In this document: one piece after another, positions 19,037-28,516 of the stretch
Layout of the letters: every line of letters starts with the position of its first letter
How positions within the stretch are numbered: position 1 is the first letter of the stretch
From: Vicinamibacterales bacterium
GTDB lineage: Bacteria; Acidobacteriota; Vicinamibacteria; Vicinamibacterales; UBA2999
Length of the DNA stretch: 64,000 bases
Reading direction: 5' to 3'
NCBI GenBank assembly: GCA_036005125.1
Contig: DASYQV010000020.1
Location: 8,492-72,491 of the forward strand
Made by a program: the position numbers and the translations under genes
The notes under the pieces: generated by a model
Database searches by the model: none
What the model was told of the DNA's origin: nothing
What the model saw: the letters and a program-made list of their open reading frames with translations, nothing else

Positions 19037-20193
19037 TGATCGAGCTGTTGATATCCACCGCGATCATGATGCTGATCACGGGCGTCATGCTCACGCTGAT
19101 GGGGCCGGTGCAGGGGATCTTCCAGGCGCAGCCCGAGGTATCCGACATGCAGCAGCGATTGCGCGTCGGCGTGGATGCGCTGGCGAAGGATCTGATCATG
19201 GCGGGAGCCGGGACGTATGTCGGGCCCTCGGCCGCCGCGCTGAACAGCGTGTTTGCACCCGTGCTGCCGTACCGCGTTGGCGATGTCAACGACGATCGCG
19301 CGCGGAACGTGCTGTATCGGCCCGACACCATCAGCATTATGTACGTTCCTCCGAGTCCTTCTCAGACAACGACGGCCGACGCGATGACCACAACGGCGAC
19401 GCAGGTGAGGCTGACCGCGCAATCCAGCTGTCCTCCCGGCACACCTCGTTCGCTGTGCGAAATCAGAGCGGGAATGCGGCTGCTGATCTTCGAGAGCCAC
19501 GGTCGCCGCGATCTGCTGACGGTGACGCGCGTGGAGGACGACTCGCTTCATTTCGAGCACGACGGCGCGCTGTCGGTGCCTTACGCGCAGGGCTCCTCTG
19601 TCGCCCGGATATCGATGCACACCTACTACGTGAAGTCTGACGTGTCCACCAGGACGTTCCAGTTGATGCACTACGACGGCATCGAGACCGACGTGCCGGT
19701 GACGGACCACATCGTCGATGTGACGTTTCAGTACTTCGGGGATCCGGTCCCCCCGATGCGTCTTTCGGAGAGGCCGCTCGACGGCAAGGGTCCCTGGACG
19801 ACGTACGGCCCGAAACCGCCGGATCCTGCCGAGGACAACGCACCGTGGCCGTCCGGGGAGAACTGCGTGTTCGTCTTCGACCCGGCGACGGGTGCGCACG
19901 CGCCACGCCTGCCGGTGCTCGGTGCTGGCGGGAGCGTTCCGCTCACCGAGGCGATGCTGACGGATGGGCCGTGGTGCCCGGACGCGATGGCTCGCGATCG
20001 GTTCGACGCCGATCTGCTCCGCATCAGGCGCATCCGCGTCAAGTTGCGCGTGCAGGTGGCGCAGGAGTCGCTGCGAGGCCCGGCAGGACCGCTGTTCGCC
20101 CGCGGCGGCACGTTCAATGGCGCCACGCGCTTGGTGCCGGACCAGCAGATTCAGTTCGATATCGCGCCGCGGAACATGAATCTGACGAGGTGA
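19033..20193 (+). CDS. PilW-like minor pilin lacking a canonical prepilin leader
   Basis: The ATG at 19033 overlaps the upstream stop (ATGA). The N-terminus is MMIELLISTAIMMLITG. 386 aa with a PilW-like C-terminal region (...LRIRRIRVKLRVQV...). Confidence 0.65.
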   Translation: MMIELLISTAIMMLITGVMLTLMGPVQGIFQAQPEVSDMQQRLRVGVDALAKDLIMAGAGTYVGPSAAALNSVFAPVLPYRVGDVNDDRARNVLYRPDTISIMYVPPSPSQTTTADAMTTTATQVRLTAQSSCPPGTPRSLCEIRAGMRLLIFESHGRRDLLTVTRVEDDSLHFEHDGALSVPYAQGSSVARISMHTYYVKSDVSTRTFQLMHYDGIETDVPVTDHIVDVTFQYFGDPVPPMRLSERPLDGKGPWTTYGPKPPDPAEDNAPWPSGENCVFVFDPATGAHAPRLPVLGAGGSVPLTEAMLTDGPWCPDAMARDRFDADLLRIRRIRVKLRVQVAQESLRGPAGPLFARGGTFNGATRLVPDQQIQFDIAPRNMNLTR

Positions 20194-20243
20194 TGAACCT
20201 CTGTGTCTCTGTGGCCCGTCACAGTTGAATCACGAGAGTCACC

Positions 20244-20942
20244 GTGAGCCGCTTCCCCGACGAACAAGGCCTCGCTCTTCTCGTGGCTCTCATGACGCTG
20301 TTGATGCTGAGCGCCCTTGGCATGGCGCTCACGATGACGACAATGAGCGAGACGGCGGGTGCGCGCAACTATCGCGACGGCATCGAGGCTCTTTATGCCG
20401 CCGATGGGGCGATTGAGCGTGTCATCCAGGATCTGAGGGCCGCGCCCGATTGGAACCGCCTGCTCGCGGGCGCGATGACCTCGGCATTCATCGACGGCCC
20501 GCCATTCGGCGTGCGTGAGACGGTGGCGGGACGGCTCAACCTCACGGAGGCGACGAACATGCTGCGGTGCGGCAAGACGACCACCTGCAGCGAGGCCGAC
20601 ATGACCGAGCGTACCGACGATCGACCGTGGGGTCCGAACAATCCGCGCTGGCAGTTGTTCGCCTCCGGCTCGATGGCCGACATGCTCCCCGGTGTCCTCG
20701 CCTCATGGATATATGTTGTCGTCTGGATTGGCGACGACCCGGCGGACAACGATAACGACCCACTGCTCGACGGCGGGCCGCCACCCGACGGCACGGAACC
20801 GGAAGAGAATCCGGGGCTTGATGTGCTCGCCTTGCAGGCGCACGCATACGGTCCAGGTGGGGTGCGGCGGGCGGTCGAGGTCACGGTCGGCCGGACCCCG
20901 GGGAACGGCGTCCGCATAATGTCGTGGCGCGAGCTCAGGTAA
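20244..20942 (+). CDS. PilX-like minor pilin (PilX_N-type N-terminus)
   Basis: GTG start. The N-terminus is MSRFPDEQG then LALLVALMTLLMLSALGMAL...SETAGARNY...ALYAADGAIE. Confidence 0.65.
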   Translation: MSRFPDEQGLALLVALMTLLMLSALGMALTMTTMSETAGARNYRDGIEALYAADGAIERVIQDLRAAPDWNRLLAGAMTSAFIDGPPFGVRETVAGRLNLTEATNMLRCGKTTTCSEADMTERTDDRPWGPNNPRWQLFASGSMADMLPGVLASWIYVVVWIGDDPADNDNDPLLDGGPPPDGTEPEENPGLDVLALQAHAYGPGGVRRAVEVTVGRTPGNGVRIMSWRELR

Positions 20943-21001
20943 CTCCGGCGCTGGCCCACTCCGGGCTGGCGTCGAAAGGCCCTGGAGCCGATAATTCGAC
21001 T

Positions 21002-21592
21002 ATGAGGTATGTCTGCAGTGCGGCCACGGTCCTTGTCCTTTCTCTGCTGGCCCTGTCGCCGGCGTGGGCACAGTCGCTTGGCGACGTCGCCCGGAAGGAA
21101 GAGGAACGCCGAAAGGCTATGAAGACGGCCGGGAAGGTCTACACAAACGACACCCTGCGGAAGGAACCCGAGGCCGCCCCGCCATCAACGCCGGCGGCGC
21201 CCTCGTCGAGCGCGCCTGCGGCGGCCGCTCCCGCTCCGTCGAGCTCGCAGCCTCAGGCACAGAGCAAGACCGGGGAACCGGCAGCCACACCTCAGCCGGA
21301 CCAGAAGAAAAAGGATGAGACTTTCTGGCGCGGCCGCATCACCGAGGCTCGGCAGAACCTGGCTCGTGCCCAGGTGTTTCAGGACGCCCTCCAGAGCCGC
21401 ATCAACGCGTTGACCACCGATTTCGTCAATCGCGACGATCCGGCCCAGCGCCGCGTGATCGAGGCGGATCGACTGAAGGCCCTTGCCGAGCTCGATCGCG
21501 TGAAGAAGGAAATCGCGCAGTTCAAGAAGGCCATCGCCGACATCGAAGAAGAAGCGCGCCGCGCCGCCGTTCCCCCCGGCTGGCTCCGCTAG
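21002..21592 (+). CDS. secreted coiled-coil protein with Pro/Ala/Ser linker
   Basis: The signal peptide ends ...LALSPAWA then QS. A low-complexity PAPSSS linker is followed by C-terminal heptad-like helices. I recognise no family. Confidence 0.5.
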   Translation: MRYVCSAATVLVLSLLALSPAWAQSLGDVARKEEERRKAMKTAGKVYTNDTLRKEPEAAPPSTPAAPSSSAPAAAAPAPSSSQPQAQSKTGEPAATPQPDQKKKDETFWRGRITEARQNLARAQVFQDALQSRINALTTDFVNRDDPAQRRVIEADRLKALAELDRVKKEIAQFKKAIADIEEEARRAAVPPGWLR

Positions 21593-21687
21593 CCATTTGT
21601 GATTTCTGATTTGTGATTGGTGAGCGATGGGTCCAATCACGAATCACAGCTCGAAAGCACAAATCGCAAATCGCACATCGCAAATGG
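21593..21687. repeat. word-hairpin (word GATTTSY / RCAAATC)
   Basis: ccatttgtgatttctgatttgtgattgg - loop - ccaatcacgaatcacagc...cacaaatcgcaaatcgcacatcgcaaatgg. Confidence 0.85.
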
Positions 21688-21688
21688 C

Positions 21689-23089
21689 GTGACCTCCTTT
21701 CCCGTTCTCCTCGTCGAAGACAAAGACTCGCTCCGCGCAATGCTGCGGCACGCGCTGGAAGCGCAAGGCCACGCCGTTGTCGAGGCGCGGGATCAAGCGG
21801 AGGCCGTGCAGGCGATCCAGCAGGCGCGGCCGGCTCTCGTGCTGAGCGATCTGCGGCTGCCTTCAGGCGACGGATTCGGGGTGCTCCGGGCGGCCAAAGA
21901 GCTCGATCCCGAGCTCCCTGTCATCGTGATGACCGCCTATGGCAGTATCCAGGACGCGGTGACCGCGATGAAAGAGGGGGCACTCGATTTCCTCGCCAAG
22001 CCGATCGATCCCGACCACCTGCTGCTGATGGTCGCGCGCGCGATCGCGCAGCGCCGGATTCTGACCGAGTACTTCCTCCTGAAAGAGGAGATGGCCGAGC
22101 GCCGCGGCGCACCGCGGATCATTGGCGATGATCCGAAGCTGCGGCAGGTCACGCAGCAGCTTCACCGCGCGGCCGGCAGCGACGCGACGGTGCTCCTCGA
22201 AGGCGAGAGCGGCACCGGCAAGGAGCTCTTCGCGCGCGCGCTGCATGCGCTCAGCCCTCGCGCCGAGGGGCCGTTTGTCGCCATCAACTGCGCGGCAATT
22301 CCGGACACGTTGCTCGAAACGGAGCTCTTCGGCCACGAAAAGGGCGCGTTCACCGGGGCGTCGGTCCGCAAGCCCGGGAAGTTCGAGGTTGCGCACCAGG
22401 GGACGATATTCCTGGACGAAATCGGGGAGATGCCGCTCCCGCTGCAGGCCAAAATCCTGCGCGCGCTCGAGGAGCGGAAATTCGAGCGCGTCGGCGGCAC
22501 GGCGTTGCTTCACGTGGACGTGCGCGTGGTGGCGGCGACCAACCGGAATCTGAAAGCGGGTGTCGCCGCGCGAACGTTCCGCGAGGATCTCTATTTCCGG
22601 CTCTCGGTCTTTCCGATCACGATCCCGCCGCTGCGCGAACGCACGGACGACATCGGCATCCTGACCCGACACTTCATCGAGAAGTTCTGTCGCGATCTGA
22701 ACAAAACGCCGCTGACCCTGTCACCGGAGGCGCTCGATCAGCTCCAGGCGTACCCGTGGCCGGGCAACGTGCGCGAGCTCCAGAACTGCATCGAGCGTGC
22801 CGTGATCCTCGCGGACGCCGACGTCCTCCAGCCGCGGCACCTCAACCTGACGTTTCCCCAGATCCCGTCGGCGCCGGTGCCGCCGTCGAGCCCGTGGGAC
22901 GACGTCGATCTCTCCGGCACGATGTCCGACGCGCTGCGCCGCGTGACCACGGAAGTCGAGCGCCGGAAGATCGCGCAGGCGCTCGCCGCGACCAGCAGCC
23001 GCCAGCGCGCCGCCGAGACGCTGCAGATCACGTTCAAATCGCTCGTCGCCAAGATGAAGGAATACGGACTGGCGTCTGAAGACCAGTAG
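21689..23089 (+). CDS. sigma54-dependent response regulator (NtrC/PilR2-like)
   Basis: The GTG at 21689 ([13 protein letters not shown]...) is preferred, because the longer ORF from 21617 starts inside the hairpin. Domains are REC, an AAA+ domain with GESGTGK and GAFTGA, and a Fis-type HTH. Confidence 0.88.
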   Translation: MTSFPVLLVEDKDSLRAMLRHALEAQGHAVVEARDQAEAVQAIQQARPALVLSDLRLPSGDGFGVLRAAKELDPELPVIVMTAYGSIQDAVTAMKEGALDFLAKPIDPDHLLLMVARAIAQRRILTEYFLLKEEMAERRGAPRIIGDDPKLRQVTQQLHRAAGSDATVLLEGESGTGKELFARALHALSPRAEGPFVAINCAAIPDTLLETELFGHEKGAFTGASVRKPGKFEVAHQGTIFLDEIGEMPLPLQAKILRALEERKFERVGGTALLHVDVRVVAATNRNLKAGVAARTFREDLYFRLSVFPITIPPLRERTDDIGILTRHFIEKFCRDLNKTPLTLSPEALDQLQAYPWPGNVRELQNCIERAVILADADVLQPRHLNLTFPQIPSAPVPPSSPWDDVDLSGTMSDALRRVTTEVERRKIAQALAATSSRQRAAETLQITFKSLVAKMKEYGLASEDQ

Positions 23090-23212
23090 GCATCAGGTAT
23101 CAGGCATCGGGCATCAGGGCTGTCTGAGGCTTCAGTCGGCATACCTGAACCCTAATGCCTAATGCCTGATCCCTGAGACAGCCCTGATGCCCGATACCCG
23201 ATGCCTGATGCC
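23089..23212. repeat. word-hairpin (word GGCATCA) between convergent genes
   Basis: ggcatcaggtatcaggcatcgggcatcagggctgtctgagg ... cctgagacagccctgatgcccgatacccgatgcctgatgcc. Confidence 0.85.
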
Positions 23213-23224
23213 TGCGGTGAATCC

Positions 23225-24307
23225 TCAATCCTTCAATCCAAGTCGCTTGAGCGTCGCAGCGAGCTCCGCCTCTGTGACGTCGTCGATGATCGTCGTCGCG
23301 CCGATCGCGATGGAGATCACGAAATGAAGGCGTCCCTCCACCACTTTCTTGTCGCGGCGCACCGCCTCGAGCGCGCGGGCGGCCGAGAGATCGCTGACCG
23401 CTGGAAGCGGGCCGAGCTTGGCGATGAGGCGCGCGAGTGCCTGCCGCTCGCGGTCGTTCAAAGCGCCGCGCGCCACGGCGAGATCGGCCGCCGCCAGCAT
23501 GCCGTAGGCAATCGCTTCGCCGTGACGGAAGCGCCGGTACTTCGTGATCGCCTCGAGCGCGTGACCGACCGTGTGACCGAAGTTGAGCACCCGACGCAGC
23601 CCCGATTCGCGTTCGTCGGCTGACACGACATCCGCCTTGATCCGGCACGATTCGATGATGACCGGCAACAGCACGGCCGGATCCCGGGCGAAGAGCGCCT
23701 TCGTATCGCACATCACCCGGTCGAAGAGATCGCGGCTCGCGATCATGCCGTACTTGACCACCTCGTAAAGCCCCGACCGGAACTCGCGTCGTTTGAGGGT
23801 GCCGAGCAACTGCGGATCGGTCACGACCACTGCGGGCTGGTGGAAGGAGCCGATCAGATTCTTTCCGAGCTGGTGGTTGACTCCAACCTTGCCGCCGATC
23901 GAGCTGTCGACCTGCGCGAGCAGTGTCGTGGGAACGTGCGCGAGCGCGATGCCACGTAGATAGGTGGCCGCCGCAAAACCCGCGACGTCGCCGACGACGC
24001 CGCCGCCGGCCGCGATGAGCGCGCTGCCGCGATCCGCCTGGGCGCGGATCAGCGACTCGTAAATGCGTGCGACCGTCTGCAGGTTCTTGTATCGCTCTCC
24101 GTCCGGGATCAACGTGACGTTGCCGGTGGCTGCCGGCTCGAGGGCGGGGCCGTGGAGCTTCCAGACCACCGGGTTCGACACGAGGAAGCGCCGAGCGCCG
24201 AGCCGCGCGGCGTCGAGGAACCCGGACAGCCGCGCGCTGATCCCATCTCCAATCCAGATCGTCGACGTGCACGATCCCGCGCGCACGTCGACTCGCACCG
24301 GTTCCAT
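23225..24307 (-). CDS. aroB: 3-dehydroquinate synthase
   Basis: 360 aa with the GGGVVGDVAGFAAATYLRGI nucleotide-binding motif and the metal ligands of the DHQS fold. Confidence 0.9.
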   Translation of the reverse strand: MEPVRVDVRAGSCTSTIWIGDGISARLSGFLDAARLGARRFLVSNPVVWKLHGPALEPAATGNVTLIPDGERYKNLQTVARIYESLIRAQADRGSALIAAGGGVVGDVAGFAAATYLRGIALAHVPTTLLAQVDSSIGGKVGVNHQLGKNLIGSFHQPAVVVTDPQLLGTLKRREFRSGLYEVVKYGMIASRDLFDRVMCDTKALFARDPAVLLPVIIESCRIKADVVSADERESGLRRVLNFGHTVGHALEAITKYRRFRHGEAIAYGMLAAADLAVARGALNDRERQALARLIAKLGPLPAVSDLSAARALEAVRRDKKVVEGRLHFVISIAIGATTIIDDVTEAELAATLKRLGLKD

Positions 24308-24330
24308 CAGGTCGGGTAGGATAGCACCCG

Positions 24331-25884
24331 GTGAACGTGCGCGGCGACTTCGTGGTCATCGGCAGCGGCATTGCCGGTCTGCGCGCCGCCGTCTCGCTCG
24401 CTGAGGCCGGCGACGTCATGGTCCTCACGAAGGCCGATCCTGCTGAAAGCAACACGGGTTACGCGCAAGGCGGCATTGCGGCCGCCATAGGTCCGGACGA
24501 CTCGCCGGAGCTGCACGCGCGCGACACGGTCAAGGCCGGCGACGGCCTCTGCGATCCCGAGGCGGTCGACGTGCTCGTGCACAACGGCGCGCGCTACGTG
24601 CACGAGCTGCTCGAGTGGGGCGCCGCCTTCGACCGCGACGCGGACGGGCGGCCCGCGCTCGGACGCGAGGGCGCCCACAGCGTGCGGCGCGTGCTGCACG
24701 CCCGCGATGCGACCGGACGCGAGATCGCCCGCGTGCTGTGGGCTCGCGTCGCCCCGAATCCGCGCATCCGCGTGCTCGATGGCACGCTCGGCACGGACCT
24801 CATCGTGCGCGACGGCGTGTGTGTGGGTGCCGAGTACGTCGATCAGGCGGGGGGCCGGCACCTCGTCAACGCGCGCGCGACGCTCCTGGCAACGGGCGGC
24901 GCAGGACAGGTCTTCCGCGAGACGACAAACCCCGCAATTGCGACGGGCGATGGTGTCGCGATGGCGTTCAGGGCCGGCGCCCGCGTGACCGATCTCGAGT
25001 TCGTCCAGTTCCATCCAACGGTGATGAACGTCGCCGGGGCGCCGCGCTTTCTGCTGTCCGAAGCGCTGCGGGGCGAGGGCGCGCGGCTCGTGAACGCGGC
25101 GGGCGAGCGCTTCGTGCAGCGGTACGAGCCCGCGGGTGATCTGGCGTCGCGCGACCTGGTCTCGCGCGCGATGGTGCGCGAGGCCGAGCGGACAGGCGCT
25201 CCGGTCTACCTCACGATGGCGCATCTCGACCCGGCGTTCGTGCGCGAGCGATTTCCGACCATCGCTCAGGTGTGCCGGAATGCGGGGCTGGACCTGGCCA
25301 CCGACCGCATCCCGGTCAGTCCCGCGGCGCATTACGTGATGGGTGGCGTCGAGACCGACCTCGATGGACGGACGTCGCTCGCGGGACTCTTCGCCGCGGG
25401 CGAGGTCGCGTGCACCGGCGTCCATGGAGCGAACCGGCTCGCAAGCAATTCGCTGCTCGAAGGATTGGTCTTCGGTGCGCGGGCCGCGGAGGCAATGGTT
25501 GGCGGTCCAGAGGAGCCTGCCACACGGCACATCGAGTGCGTTGTGAGCGTCGAGGCCCCACACGGCCACGACGGCGTGATCCCCTCCGTGTCCGAGGTGC
25601 GTGATCTCATGTGGAAGAATGTAGGATTGCTGCGCTCGCGCGCCGGCCTGGAGTCCGCCGTCGCCCGGCTGGCCGGCTGGTGGACGGCCATCGATCGGCG
25701 TGCGCCGGCCATGCCGGAGGACCTCGAATTCAGGCGCCTCACCAGCATCGTCACGGTTGGTTCTCTCATCGCGCACGCCGCGCTGCGGCGCGAGGAGAGT
25801 CGCGGCGGCCACTTTCGATCGGATTTCCCCGAGCACGACGATCTACACTGGAAACGACACGTCTCGGATCGGCTTAAGGCTTAA
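24331..25884 (+). CDS. nadB: L-aspartate oxidase
   Basis: GTG start. The FAD motif is VVIGSGIAGL, plus fumarate reductase/succinate dehydrogenase flavoprotein-like domains. 517 aa. Confidence 0.9.
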   Translation: MNVRGDFVVIGSGIAGLRAAVSLAEAGDVMVLTKADPAESNTGYAQGGIAAAIGPDDSPELHARDTVKAGDGLCDPEAVDVLVHNGARYVHELLEWGAAFDRDADGRPALGREGAHSVRRVLHARDATGREIARVLWARVAPNPRIRVLDGTLGTDLIVRDGVCVGAEYVDQAGGRHLVNARATLLATGGAGQVFRETTNPAIATGDGVAMAFRAGARVTDLEFVQFHPTVMNVAGAPRFLLSEALRGEGARLVNAAGERFVQRYEPAGDLASRDLVSRAMVREAERTGAPVYLTMAHLDPAFVRERFPTIAQVCRNAGLDLATDRIPVSPAAHYVMGGVETDLDGRTSLAGLFAAGEVACTGVHGANRLASNSLLEGLVFGARAAEAMVGGPEEPATRHIECVVSVEAPHGHDGVIPSVSEVRDLMWKNVGLLRSRAGLESAVARLAGWWTAIDRRAPAMPEDLEFRRLTSIVTVGSLIAHAALRREESRGGHFRSDFPEHDDLHWKRHVSDRLKA

Positions 25885-25938
25885 GTCTCAGGGCGTAAGG
25901 GGCTCAGGACTCAAGCCTCTCGAAGCCTTAACTAAGCC
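25871..25938. repeat. word-hairpin (word GGCTTAA)
   Basis: ggcttaaggcttaagtctcaggg ... cctctcgaagccttaactaagcc. The left arm supplies the last nadB codons (RLKA-stop). Confidence 0.7.
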
Positions 25939-25944
25939 ATTCAG

Positions 25945-27405
25945 ATGTCCAAAGAAACTGAAATTCCAGATCTGCCAACTGAGATCACTCCGCAGTCGCA
26001 GGACTTCGGCCGCTGGTATATCGATGTCGTCCGGCGCGCTGAGCTCGCAGACTACTCGCCGGTCAAAGGCTGCATGGTCATCCGCCCGTACGGCTACGCG
26101 ATCTGGGAGTTGATGCAGCAGGGGCTCGATCGCCGTTTCAAGGCGACCGGTCATGTGAACGCGTACTTCCCCCTGTTCATCCCCGAGAGCCTGTTGATGA
26201 AAGAGGCCGACCACGTCAAAGGGTTCGCGCCGCAGGTCGCGTGGGTCACCCGCGGAGGCACCGAGGATCTCGAGGAGCGCCTCGTCGTCCGGCCGACGTC
26301 GGAGACGATCATCGGGACGATGTACGCCAAGTGGGTCCAGTCGTGGCGCGATCTGCCGATTCTCATCAATCAGTGGGCGAACGTCGTGCGGTGGGAGAAG
26401 GTGACGCGGCTGTTTCTGCGCACGACCGAGTTCCTCTGGCAGGAGGGACACACCGCACACGAGACGGCAGAGGAAGCGCAGGAGGAGACGCTGCGGATGC
26501 TCGGCGTCTACAAGGACTTCGCGCAAACCGATCTCGCCATGCCCGTGATCGACGGCCAGAAGACGGAGAGCGAGAAGTTCGCCGGCGCCGAGCGCACCTA
26601 TTCCATCGAGGCGTTGATGCGCGATGGCCGGGCGCTCCAGACGGGAACCTCGCACAATCTCGGGCAGAACTTCGCGAAGGTGTTCGACATCACATTCCAG
26701 GCTCGCGACAAGTCCGTGCAGTACGTGCACGGCACGTCGTGGGGCGTGTCCACCCGGATGATTGGCGGCGTCATCATGACGCACGGAGACGAGGGAGGGC
26801 TGATCCTGCCGCCGGGGGTCGCGCCGTATCAAGTCGTCATCGTGCCGATCCCGCGTGGGAATTGGAAGGAGACCGTCCTACCGAAGGCGCACGCGATCCG
26901 CGACAGCCTGACCGCCCGCGGTATCCGCGTGATGGTCGACGACCGCGACACGCAGACGCCCGGCTGGAAGTTCAACGAGTGGGAGCTGCGCGGCGTGCCG
27001 CTGCGCCTCGAGATCGGCCCGAAAGACATCGAGAAGTCTCAGGTCGTGCTGGCGCGCCGCGATACGCGCGAGAAGTCGTTCGCGGCGATGGACGGGCTCG
27101 CGGGCAGCGTGGAGGAGATGTTGAAGGCCATCCAGCAGGCGCTCTTCGAGCGTGCGCTGAAGTTCCGCGAGGAGCACACGTCCTCGACCGACTCGTACGA
27201 CGAGTTCAAGGAGATCATGGACGGTCGTCCCGGCTTCGTCGTGTCGCCCTGGTGCGGCTCGGCGGAGTGCGAGGCGCAAATCAAGGCGGAGACGCAGGCG
27301 ACGATCCGGAACATTCCCTTCAACAGCCAGAAGCCGGTCGGCAAACAGTGCATCAAGTGCGGCGGGCCGGCGGTGTCGACCGCCTGGTTTGCGAAAGCGT
27401 ACTGA
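25945..27405 (+). CDS. proS: prolyl-tRNA synthetase (short archaeal/eukaryote-like type, no INS editing domain)
   Basis: 486 aa with a class II core, an anticodon-binding domain and a C-terminal zinc-binding-like domain (CIKCG). Confidence 0.92.
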   Translation: MSKETEIPDLPTEITPQSQDFGRWYIDVVRRAELADYSPVKGCMVIRPYGYAIWELMQQGLDRRFKATGHVNAYFPLFIPESLLMKEADHVKGFAPQVAWVTRGGTEDLEERLVVRPTSETIIGTMYAKWVQSWRDLPILINQWANVVRWEKVTRLFLRTTEFLWQEGHTAHETAEEAQEETLRMLGVYKDFAQTDLAMPVIDGQKTESEKFAGAERTYSIEALMRDGRALQTGTSHNLGQNFAKVFDITFQARDKSVQYVHGTSWGVSTRMIGGVIMTHGDEGGLILPPGVAPYQVVIVPIPRGNWKETVLPKAHAIRDSLTARGIRVMVDDRDTQTPGWKFNEWELRGVPLRLEIGPKDIEKSQVVLARRDTREKSFAAMDGLAGSVEEMLKAIQQALFERALKFREEHTSSTDSYDEFKEIMDGRPGFVVSPWCGSAECEAQIKAETQATIRNIPFNSQKPVGKQCIKCGGPAVSTAWFAKAY

Positions 27406-27488
27406 AAGTGGAAAGTTGAAAAGTGGAAAGTAAAAAGTAACTGGAAAGTGCCCTACTTTCCACTTTGCACTTTCCACCTTTTACTTTG
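27404..27488. repeat. word-hairpin (word GGAAAGT) between convergent genes
   Basis: gaaagtggaaagttgaaaagtggaaagtaaaaagtaactggaaagtg-ccc-tactttccactttgcactttccaccttttactttg. Confidence 0.85.
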
Positions 27489-28436
27489 AGTGAATTCCGG
27501 GTACGTGTTCTTGAGCCGCCTCATGACGGCGTGACGACTGGTCAGCTTTTCGTGCGCCGCGATCTCGCGCGCGGCCCTGGCCAGATGGTCGCGCCACCAG
27601 CGGTCGTCGTCTGTCGCGGCCCAGGCCCGGGCCAGCGGCTCGAGGCAGGTGGCGTCGCCGATTTCAGCGACAGCCTTCAGGAAGTCGAGCGGCAGCGGAG
27701 CCTTCGCGGCATCGAACGTTTCGCGCAGATCGTACAAGGCAACTCGACTGCCTCGTCGCGCGAGCACCGCATGCGCGGCTCCGCGTGCCGTCCGCCACTC
27801 CTGCTGCCGCGACCCCGGCGGCTCGTGCCGTTCGCGTTCGCGAATCTCGACGATGCAATCGTGAATTTCGGAGAGCGGGGCGCTGATGCCGTGATCCGCC
27901 AGCCACGTACGCATATCCGCAGGATGACCTGACGCGCGCCCATCGCCCGCGCGGTCCGTGCCGACCTGCGCGGCCATTCCTGGATCTCCCGCCGCAACCC
28001 GCAGGAGCACGGGCTGGACGATGCCGGAAGGGAGCTCTGCCAGCGCGTCGAGCGCCGCGAGACGAGCCGAGGCAGGCCGTGCGCGGTCGAGCGCGAGCGC
28101 GGTGAGGGCGTCAAGCGCGCGTGCGTCAGGCTCCGACGGCACCCACCTGCGCGCCGCCGCCGCCGCGGCGGTCGCGACGTTCACGTCGGCATCGCTCAGC
28201 GCATCGATCGCGGCGCCACGCGCGCGCGGGTCGTCGATCCCTTCGAGCGTCCTCAACGCGGCCGCGCGTGCAACGGGATCCGCACCTGATCCTGCCAGCG
28301 CCACGAGCCGATCGACGGCACGTGCCCCAATGACGCGAAGTCGCGCGATGGCGGCCTCCCGTTCGACCGGCGAGCCGCGGGTGAGCGTCGTCACGAGCCT
28401 GTCGACTTCGCGCGCCAATGACGACCGGATGACCAT
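27453..28436 (-). CDS. HEAT/armadillo-like repeat protein
   Basis: 327 aa, Ala/Arg/Leu-rich, with repeated helical pairs (...RAAALRTLEGIDDPRA...AIDALSDAD...). The family is not firmly recognised. Confidence 0.5.
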   Translation of the reverse strand: MVIRSSLAREVDRLVTTLTRGSPVEREAAIARLRVIGARAVDRLVALAGSGADPVARAAALRTLEGIDDPRARGAAIDALSDADVNVATAAAAAARRWVPSEPDARALDALTALALDRARPASARLAALDALAELPSGIVQPVLLRVAAGDPGMAAQVGTDRAGDGRASGHPADMRTWLADHGISAPLSEIHDCIVEIRERERHEPPGSRQQEWRTARGAAHAVLARRGSRVALYDLRETFDAAKAPLPLDFLKAVAEIGDATCLEPLARAWAATDDDRWWRDHLARAAREIAAHEKLTSRHAVMRRLKNTYPEFTQSKRWKVQSGK

Positions 28437-28440
28437 CGAA

Positions 28441-28515
28441 CGATTTGCGATTTGCGAGTTGCGATTTGTGATTGTTCGGTGATGTGCGATTTGTGATTGG
28501 CGATTTCAATTACGA
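28441..28515. repeat. one-armed word array (GATTTGC heptamers)
   Basis: cgatttgcgatttgcgagttgcgatttgtgattgttcggtgatgtgcgatttgtgattggcgatttca. No long opposing arm is present. Confidence 0.75.
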
Positions 28516-28516
28516 A

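Noticed and set aside
20943-21001. A sigma54-like GG-N10-GC (ctGGcccactccggGCtgg) upstream of the coiled-coil gene.
   Set aside because: Only the invariant dinucleotides match. The flanking bases do not resemble TGGCAC/TTGCW, and such spacing occurs by chance in GC-rich DNA.
21617-21688. A longer N-terminus for the second sigma54 regulator, starting at GTG 21617.
   Set aside because: The extra 24 codons are written entirely in the hairpin words (SNHESQLESTNRKSHIANG). The receiver domain begins right after the in-frame GTG at 21689.
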